From the NCBI GenBank assembly GCA_965644265.1, contig OZ286461.1:36270001-36334000 (forward strand): DNA of 64,000 nucleotides, in the 5' to 3' direction. The notes under the pieces are model-generated. The model saw nothing but the letters and a program-made list of their open reading frames with translations, did no database searches and was not told where the DNA came from. Numbering within the stretch: position 1 is the first letter of the stretch; each line of letters starts with the position of its first letter. Both the position numbers and the translations under genes were made by a program. This document shows, piece after piece, positions 28,641-36,694 of the stretch. The DNA comes from Glycera tridactyla. Its lineage: Eukaryota.

Positions 28641-29982
28641 ATCCACATTGTCCATAGAACATGGTAACATCACAACAGGGACCAGCCAATTTGAGTACTG
28701 GTTATCTAATGAGTAATTTGTGGATTGATAATTTGAGGTGATGACTGAATGTGAATGTGGGTTTTATTGTATGTAAACTTACATACTCAAACCTTCTGAA
28801 TTACCGAGCGTGTCAATTGTAATGCAGTCTGACCAGTGGAATTTTGACACTGGTCATCAGAGGGCATTCTTATTCGTACCAGGAAGTGCATCACGATGTT
28901 GTTGCAATGAAAAGTTCTGAACAAAGAAAAGTGAAAAGGGTATTTGAGTGCAAGGCAATTTCGTCGGACTCATGGGAGACGGTGAGGAGATGAAATGTTT
29001 TTTTTGGCAATTACACCATTGCTGAAAGGTGCTCAGGGGAATAGATTAGATCCCTGTAAACTAATACTATGGGAGTTTTCTAATTGTAGTCCTGAAAGTG
29101 ATATTTTTGCACATCTGACTGCCATACTCCGTATGTAAGGATTGATAGATGTATTCATACCAATTCAATGCGTCATGCGATGTTTCAATAATGGATAAAG
29201 AGCATCATATGAGTTTTATTGCAGAACTACTGTTCCCAGCTTTTTGTACACGATGGATATAGATTCTAAGACTGAATAGACGATTCTCAAGAGTCATATT
29301 TCAGGTCATTGCTAGTGTTCAAATCTCTCGAGATTGGTACCATTCGAATGTGTTCGGGTGGGCCAAGGAATGATATGAGTAAGATATTGATTAAAGTACA
29401 AGTGGCCTACATATTTTTCGCTGTATCGTAGGAATCACCATAGAAAGTAAATGACCTGTTATTAGTACCACGGGATTGTTCTTCTGCATCATTGCGCGAG
29501 TCACATTCACCCTATTGTCTATACCACATCTAGGTCTACTTGGAAGATAATGGATAAAGTGCTCATTGGTGCTTCAATCGCACAGGTGTCCACTTCCATA
29601 GAGAATACAGGATGTGATACAGTGTTTATGGACTAATATCTGATATGGTATTTGGAAGGGAATGAAAGAATAGGCACAATTCCGAGGCCAACCCTGGATT
29701 TTTTTCAGGCAACAAGACAATCGGGGAATGTGCACATTTGCCATTCAATACTCGCCTTCGATATGTCATCGGATTGCTATATCATACGACATGAGATTGA
29801 AGAATGAATGAAACGTGCCAATTTGACAAAATACACTGACATGATCGTGGCTCTCAGAGTGCTTCGATGAAAATATGATATATGTTCTTGGTGCCAACTG
29901 AATTTCACTTACAAGCAAACACACAAACCACCAAATAACAGAGTCTGCGTGTCTCATGTTTACAACATTGAGAGAGAAGTAA

Positions 29983-29989
<7 letters not shown>

Positions 29990-30069
<80 letters not shown>
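29990..30069. repeat. (AG)n microsatellite
   Basis: About 40 AG units. Confidence 0.97.
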
Positions 30070-30072
<3 letters not shown>

Positions 30073-31016
30073 TGCAATAGATGAATGAAAACGTCGTGGA
30101 CGACTCGCTGGGAAAAAATTACTAGCGAGTAATCAGGGGATTACACCATACATCCGTATCTGAAAGATCTAATTGGATTATATAGGTTGGCTTATGTTTT
30201 TTTCTCCAGACCAGGCATCCAACAACTTGACAAATAACACCCAGCTCAAGTTCACTTGTCTTGCCGACCGAAATGAGCAGTAATTCGTTAGAAGAGAGCA
30301 TAGCTCCGAACGCTCTGTCTGTCAGGACGCCATGATTAATAGCAGACGCTTCGCGTTTTCTGATAGGTCAAGTCTCGGGTCACGTGATGGATGAGCGAGA
30401 GTTGGCGAGATGTAATCACCGAGAGCCGACCAGCTTGTTCTCATAATTTGCTGCGGTATTGCATATGATTGTTTACCGGTGTCCGAGTCATTTATTGCCG
30501 GCTGTGTCTTCGTCCATGTCTATATCTACTGCTGCATTTGTTGAGATGGAAGGCAGATATGTATGATTATTAATAATAAGTGTCTAGTGCAAGCTATGCT
30601 TGCAGCTTTATATCAGCCGCTAGTGGTCTATATCACCAGAATATAGAAGTCCTCGAATGATTCAACATCCGAGTATACGACAATGCCTAGAATGACTAGA
30701 ATGCCCTACAACTCTCATATTGATCGATATAATCAACACAGAAGACAGCATGTATTGATATGAAGATGGTGAACACGAATACCAACCATGGCTGATTGAT
30801 ACGAGCTTGTAGGACACTTTCCATATTGAGAGTACGAAACTTGATGAAATGATCCCTGGCTCCCATATTGGATATATATGAGACGTGCATATGAGATAGA
30901 ATTGATTGAATCACAGTTTTTGCCAGGATCCCGATTTCTGATATCATTTATTGCATGTGTGGTCCTAGCGGCAGAATGGTTATTGCCATTCATTCGACAA
31001 AAAATCACCCTCAAGA

Positions 31017-31022
31017 GTGTAT
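31017..31022. repeat. Left target-site duplication GTGTAT
   Basis: Identical hexamer at 53688-53693, directly outside the right TIR. Confidence 0.95.
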
Positions 31023-31084
31023 AGTAGTATAATGGGCACTTTGCGGGCAGACCAGAAGAATAGAGGCACTATACGGGCAAACAT
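31023..31084 (+). repeat. Left terminal inverted repeat (62 bp)
   Basis: AGTAGTATAATGGGCACTTTGCGGGCAGACCAGAAGAATAGAGGCACTATACGGGCAAACAT is the reverse complement of 53626-53687 with 2 transitions. Confidence 0.96.
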
Positions 31085-31237
31085 TTATATAAATAGGTAT
31101 TTGTAATCATCAGACAGGGAATGGGTAAATGTATATAGGAAGTTCCAGATATATGTAATCAACGTATTAAAGGTAGTTACGTACATTCAACGTGGGTTTT
31201 CATACCTCATTACATATGAGGGCTATCTATTCCATAG

Positions 31238-31311
31238 GGTTAGTTAGCTCAATTGGTTAGAGCGTCATCCTAATGAGTTGAAGGTCACAGGTTCGATTCC
31301 TGTACTGACCA
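31238..31311 (+). tRNA. tRNA-Ile(AAT): tRNA-Ile, anticodon AAT (31272-31274), inside the Polinton
   Basis: Acceptor GGTTAGT/ACTGACC plus discriminator A; D stem GCTC/GAGC; anticodon stem TCATC/GTTGA (one T-T mismatch) with loop CTAATGA; T stem ACAGG/CCTGT with loop TTCGATT; A and B boxes intact; TTTT terminator immediately after. Confidence 0.88.
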
Positions 31312-31537
31312 TTTTATAGTTCTGAATAGTGTGAATAGATAATAATAGATGTGGTGTATATTAGTGACTATTTTACATCTTCATTCTACACCATAGTAGG
31401 GAATCCTATATAGAATCTTGATAAAAAGAGTAATATAATATATCATTCATCCCTAATAGCAAACAATATTAGGAGAATATATTATATGCTTTGATGCAAA
31501 ATAGCATAGGAATATATAATATACCCCATAGGTTACC

Positions 31538-31567
31538 TATAAAAGAGCTGACAATTCATTATCATTC
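31538..31567 (+). promoter_or_regulatory. TATA box (TATAAAAG) and Inr (TCATTC) for the zinc-finger gene
   Basis: TATAAAAG at 31538 and TCATTC at 31562, about 26 nt apart; ATG at 31648. Confidence 0.65.
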
Positions 31568-31647
31568 CACCATATGCAGATTCTCTGAGCACTCTTTACC
31601 TTAGGACTGACACTAGGTATATTTGATTATTACACTTTATCACTACG

Positions 31648-32316
31648 ATGGTTCAGACAAGGAGTCGGAGATGTATTTTATGTTATAGAATGTTCCGTGG
31701 CGGTGCTGGGATCTCAATGCATGAGCGAAGATCACATCATAACATTTTGAACTCAAACATAGAAATCAATCAGGAGTTTATGAACAGGGAAAGTTCATTT
31801 TTATCTCAGTATGAGTCTCAATTGACTCCCACAGACATCAGAACGTGTGTTTTGACCAATATGGACTCTCGAAAACAGATGTATATTGTTGATGTGATAA
31901 TCAAGTGGGAGCTGCTCAAGTTGAATGCTATCGCAGCTATACACCCTGTGACCATGTCATGGAGTATGGATTGGTTCACGTGCTATCGTATAAACCAGAT
32001 AGTGGTAGAGTGCATCGAGGTGTTTGCATGTAACAGCCTCCTGGATTGGGCAGGGGATGACGTCAAAAAAGACACTTTTCTCTCCAGTCAAGTTATGAAT
32101 GACTTAATGACACAAGCAAAAATCAATTCATTCAAATCACAGTTTTCTCATAAGATGCATGAAAAAAGATATCATGCAAGTAGACGAATGATGCAATATC
32201 TGTTCACTTACATAGATATCATTGCTAAAACTTCACATTTCAGGGTGATCTTACTATGTAATTTGTCTAAGGCGATTGGACAACTAGATGAACATTCCTG
32301 TTCCAGTTCATGTTAG
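31648..32316 (+). CDS. 222-aa protein with an N-terminal C2H2 zinc finger and an unknown helical domain
   Basis: CILC-YRM-F-RGGAG-I-SM-H-ERRS-H fits C-x2-C-x3-F-x5-hydrophobic-x2-H-x4-H; upstream TATA/Inr. Confidence 0.75.
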   Translation: MVQTRSRRCILCYRMFRGGAGISMHERRSHHNILNSNIEINQEFMNRESSFLSQYESQLTPTDIRTCVLTNMDSRKQMYIVDVIIKWELLKLNAIAAIHPVTMSWSMDWFTCYRINQIVVECIEVFACNSLLDWAGDDVKKDTFLSSQVMNDLMTQAKINSFKSQFSHKMHEKRYHASRRMMQYLFTYIDIIAKTSHFRVILLCNLSKAIGQLDEHSCSSSC

Positions 32317-32427
32317 AATTCGACAAACAAGCTGTTTACTATACAATCAAACAAACAAGCTGTTTGCTATACAAGACTGAACTTTGACAGTGGGGTATAT
32401 TATAGCTGTTGACAGAATTTAGCATAC

Positions 32428-32463
32428 TATATAAACTGACTTCGATTTTGTATTCAATCATTT
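32428..32463 (+). promoter_or_regulatory. TATA box (TATATAAA) and Inr-like TCATTT
   Basis: TATA at 32428, TCATTT at 32458, ATG at 32487. Confidence 0.6.
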
Positions 32464-32486
32464 AACTCTGAGATCTCTAACCTGTG

Positions 32487-33929
32487 ATGGATAAATCAGG
32501 GTTGTATATACCACAGTCGTTCACTCTCACGGATATGGATACATCACAGAGGATTGAGCAGGAGTTGTATACAGCTACAACATCGATACATGATGCATCA
32601 GACGTTACACAAACATCTAACGGACAGTCAGACAGTGACTCTAGATCTGATAGTTCTGTTTCATTTCTCACACCCAGTTTTGATTCAGAGGAGCTGCAGT
32701 CTTTGCTCGAGTTCATGCCAGATTCACTACCTGATAATCTGTTCAACAGCTTTCATCCACCATCTGATACGTTTGACACGAGCTATCAGATGCTAGATGA
32801 GTTGCTAGAGGCACAGGAATCACATACCTTCAAAGTAGGGGATGTAGAGCAATATGAGATCATATCTGATGATGAAGATAGCACTCCTCTCATGACATTA
32901 GCGGTTGCTAAGACTACAAATTCACGATGTAGTATAGAGACCAGTCATGTCATTAGTGATGATTCAAATCAGTCTGACTGTCAGATCGTCCAGACTGAAC
33001 AACTAGTGGGTGGTTTAAAACCTATGGACGTGAACCAAGAATCATCTAATGTTACATATGCTGGTGACTATGATTTGTGTTCATTGATATCATCTTGTTC
33101 AGCGAATACTGCTCAACAGAAGGTGTTGTTGAATGAGATGAATGATGTGAACACCAGTGTGCAGGATATATTCGCTCTAGCTAGCGATAACAAGATATCC
33201 AATGTCGAGCCAGAACAATCCACCTCCACAAAGGGTAGTAAAAGGTTGCGACAGGCTGATAATGAAGATCAGAAAGACCACAAAAGGTTCCATCATGATG
33301 ATGGCAAGTATTCGGAACCCATCACAAAACTAGCTTTAGATATCGTCATGGCACCATTTTTTGACTTGAATTATAATCCGGAGGAAAGATCAATCATGAC
33401 GATGGCTAAACATTTGAATTCTCTTCAGTCTATGCTGCCTGAGTTGGGTTATTTGTACTCAACTCTGAAGACATCTAGAAAACCTTTTTATACGTATTCA
33501 ATCAAAAGTCACCTGAAAACACATCTCACCGACATGATAATTGATTTATGTGTACAAGAGGCTGGCAGCAAGACCGATGTGATCAAAATCATAGATGTAT
33601 TTGATGTCATATTAGAGAAGATTATCAAAGACAGTGATTTCATTCAGCCAAGCTGCATGTACGATTTTGAGGCTGATACCACCTCGTATCGTCAGCTGAT
33701 AGCCGATAGGGTCATGGTGGCGGTCTCTATCGATCTGACAGATATTCAAGACAGGGAATCAAAAAAATATGACATCATTGCAGTAAACAATGATGTTACG
33801 GTATTTATGTATTGGGCCATCCATAAGTTGGCTAGCAGATCACACACTCGTTCAGCACTGAAGCAACTGGTCGCGTACGAAGTCGCTCGGTCAGTAAAGA
33901 TGTGCGAAGACGAGCGTGACAGATCATAA
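32487..33929 (+). CDS. 480-aa hypothetical protein: acidic Ser/Asp-rich N half, basic patch (KRLRQ...KRFHH), helical C-terminal domain
   Basis: Long ORF inside the element, with TATA upstream and AATAAA near 34080 downstream. Confidence 0.8.
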   Translation: MDKSGLYIPQSFTLTDMDTSQRIEQELYTATTSIHDASDVTQTSNGQSDSDSRSDSSVSFLTPSFDSEELQSLLEFMPDSLPDNLFNSFHPPSDTFDTSYQMLDELLEAQESHTFKVGDVEQYEIISDDEDSTPLMTLAVAKTTNSRCSIETSHVISDDSNQSDCQIVQTEQLVGGLKPMDVNQESSNVTYAGDYDLCSLISSCSANTAQQKVLLNEMNDVNTSVQDIFALASDNKISNVEPEQSTSTKGSKRLRQADNEDQKDHKRFHHDDGKYSEPITKLALDIVMAPFFDLNYNPEERSIMTMAKHLNSLQSMLPELGYLYSTLKTSRKPFYTYSIKSHLKTHLTDMIIDLCVQEAGSKTDVIKIIDVFDVILEKIIKDSDFIQPSCMYDFEADTTSYRQLIADRVMVAVSIDLTDIQDRESKKYDIIAVNNDVTVFMYWAIHKLASRSHTRSALKQLVAYEVARSVKMCEDERDRS

Positions 33930-35122
33930 TCAGATCTGAGCATACTATATAGATCGCTATTTATATATATTCTTATTCCCGTGTACAGATATATATAATT
34001 CCATGTAGTGTGATTATTCATATTGAGATTATAATTATAGATATATCACGTAAATATATATTTCACTAGTATACTTCACAATAAATTGCGATATAGGAGA
34101 CAGTCACAACTGAATGACGAAGACATAAAATACTAGATGCATCATCAGGATTTCTGTGGGTGATAGAGGTATGTATAACCCTAAGTTTCATTACATTAGT
34201 TAGGGATTGGAGAGTAATCTATGATTACTTACTATGTCATGGAGTATAGATAGCTCATAGAATACAACCGCCGCAAACGACGCCGAACTGGCGTGAAATT
34301 GACATATTCCGCGTTCTGAAGTGAAATATACAGTGAAACTCGGCGTGATCACATTTTCTGTTCTGTCAGAGATATCCAAAATGTCTGTCTGCAAGCTTCA
34401 TTCCAATCTGATGGGAATTCACAATGCTAGGGCGAAAAAAACGTACCCGCCACGAATAAGCTTGACAGACTTTAGACTTGCATGATAAATCTGAATATCC
34501 CCCAAAAAACACACGATCAGTTAATACTCAAAGAGTGAAAGTAAATTGAATGGATCTCTAGGTAAACCACAGTTCCAGCTATCATGATGTTAAACTTCAT
34601 CATATTAATCAGTAAACAAACAATTATCAGCAGGAATGGAGTTAGGTGATATTATATGATATACAAACCTGATTGATAATTTATTAATCCCTTTCACTTC
34701 CATTGTAGATTCGAAGAATTATTTCCCACTACAATTCAAGGCGTGAGAGCAAGCGTACTCCACATCCATTGCTGGTGAGTGTATAAGTGATTCTGAACTG
34801 TGTCCCACAAACATTCCACGTCACATCTACCAACATACCTACACCCACTCCTCTCATATCACCATCCTCATCAGCATCATAGATACAAATCCAAATTTTG
34901 AAATTAACAGTTTGTGATGATTTGTTGCATGAAGATATGTATACGAACAATATCATGAAGATGATCGGTATCAACGTTCGACTCTGGAGTTATGATACAT
35001 CATCTCAGTAGAATTCACACCATTTAAGAATGTCTAATAATATCAATCTACATAAGCATTAAATGGATGAATCATAGATCAAATAATTTCTAATACATGT
35101 ATGATTGTATTTGCAGGTTACC

Positions 35123-36694
35123 ATGGCGAACAGTGATTCGAGTGATTCACAACAATCGGATCGTAAGTCACCTATCCCTTCAAGCTCATACAACACTCAG
35201 TTAGAGTCCTCGACATCATCTAGATCTCATAGCAGGCGAGCTATCAAACGAGCAAGTACGCAAGGGAAATCAACTGAATGGACGTCCAAGGTCCGTCGGA
35301 TGAATGCCAGATCAAATCCAGATACTTTATTACCTCATCAACGTTTGGATGATGTAAGCATCAATAACCGTCAGTACTCTTTGATCAGACATACTGTCAG
35401 ACCATTCATAAATGGTCTAGGTGTGAGCATATCATTCGATTTGAATTTTTCGAGTGAAATGATCCACTCCAATCTCAGGCTAATGGACATGAAAGATACT
35501 CTAGAGTCAATATTTGATGAAATACTTACGACACTAACACAAAATACACAGTCTGAAGCCCTTGTTAGGATTGTGCTTTTCCAACAGGAGTTGGACTCTC
35601 CCATGGTGGTTCCTCTGAGGAAACTGAAACTAATGAATTCATCGCTCATACTGAAAGTACTGAGAGATTGTAACATTGATCATAGAGTGTTGGTTAATTG
35701 TGAACACATTCCAGTAATAGAGGATTATTTCAAATGTGCGATATTCGTCATTTCAAACACGTGTTCAGATAGATACTGGCGTTCGCCGGATGAACAGGTG
35801 ATTGAAAATGCAGAGTCAGCTTTGTTTGTATATCATACAAAGCAACCCAATAATACATATCACTACGATGCAGTCACCAATGTTAAAGCCTTTTTTGGTA
35901 AAGGCAGCTATTGCGATGTATGTCACACACCCTATAAGGATGTACACCAATGTAAGAAGAAATGTCAGGTGTGTCAAACATCTCAGTGTTTCAGAGAACA
36001 AAAGACATGTCAAGTGAGAGAGAGAACATGTTCAGATTGTAACATGGTATGTAAGACACAGTTTTGTTTTGAGGAACATAAAAAACTGAAAGGAGTGAGG
36101 AAGAAAATATCTCAGTGTCTTAAATGGTGGAAATGTCTTTCGTGTTGCAGGGTGGTATATCGTGCAAGGAGTAAGAGATCACATAATTGTGGTGAATTCC
36201 TGTGCAAGAATTGTGGATGCTATTCCAGAGACTATCATCAATGCACCATGAGAGCAGTGACAAAGAAGGAGACGGCATCCAAAAATGATATCCACATGTA
36301 TATAGCCTACGATATTGAGACATGTCAGGATGAGATACAGCAATGTTCGCAAGGATACACACCGAGAGATAATTGTGAAGCATGCTCAGATTCTTCCTTC
36401 AAGTGTAATGCATGCAGTCGATGTGTCAACTGCGCTAGCATGGAATGTGGGAGTTCGGTACACAGACCAAACCTCGTAGTAGGTGAGAAATGGTGTACAT
36501 TCTGTAGAAACATTCCATTCGGAGAAAGTACGTTCTGTTCACATTGTGGCGACAGATGCAAGAAGTGCAACAAAAGGATACCTAACATGGGACAATTTGC
36601 TTATAGATGTCCCCCATGTGATAATAACATTTGCGGAAGGAGAAGGGTTATATTCCACGGACTCAATGTGTCACACATTTTTGTGACTGGTTGA
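35123..36694 (+). CDS. polB: pPolB N-terminal segment (terminal-protein/OTU-like region, Cys-rich zinc clusters, Exo I); joins the next ORF across a 1-nt frameshift
   Basis: Kozak accATGg; HYDAVTNVKAFFG..YC..C; many CxxC pairs; AYDIET (Exo I); HRPNLVV; RRVIFHG. Confidence 0.9.
   Translation: MANSDSSDSQQSDRKSPIPSSSYNTQLESSTSSRSHSRRAIKRASTQGKSTEWTSKVRRMNARSNPDTLLPHQRLDDVSINNRQYSLIRHTVRPFINGLGVSISFDLNFSSEMIHSNLRLMDMKDTLESIFDEILTTLTQNTQSEALVRIVLFQQELDSPMVVPLRKLKLMNSSLILKVLRDCNIDHRVLVNCEHIPVIEDYFKCAIFVISNTCSDRYWRSPDEQVIENAESALFVYHTKQPNNTYHYDAVTNVKAFFGKGSYCDVCHTPYKDVHQCKKKCQVCQTSQCFREQKTCQVRERTCSDCNMVCKTQFCFEEHKKLKGVRKKISQCLKWWKCLSCCRVVYRARSKRSHNCGEFLCKNCGCYSRDYHQCTMRAVTKKETASKNDIHMYIAYDIETCQDEIQQCSQGYTPRDNCEACSDSSFKCNACSRCVNCASMECGSSVHRPNLVVGEKWCTFCRNIPFGESTFCSHCGDRCKKCNKRIPNMGQFAYRCPPCDNNICGRRRVIFHGLNVSHIFVTG

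Noticed and set aside
29990-30069. (AG)n tract as the Polinton left terminus
   Set aside because: No inverted counterpart; the true AGTAGT terminus with TIR and TSD is at 31023.
31433-31487. Hairpin downstream of the tRNA as a tRNA-linked pre-miRNA
   Set aside because: Almost entirely A/T pairing, and separated from the tRNA by a T4 terminator and 120 nt.
34200-34974. Short minus-strand ORFs (64 and 81 aa) in the spacer before pol
   Set aside because: No recognisable motif or clear promoter, and lengths expected by chance.
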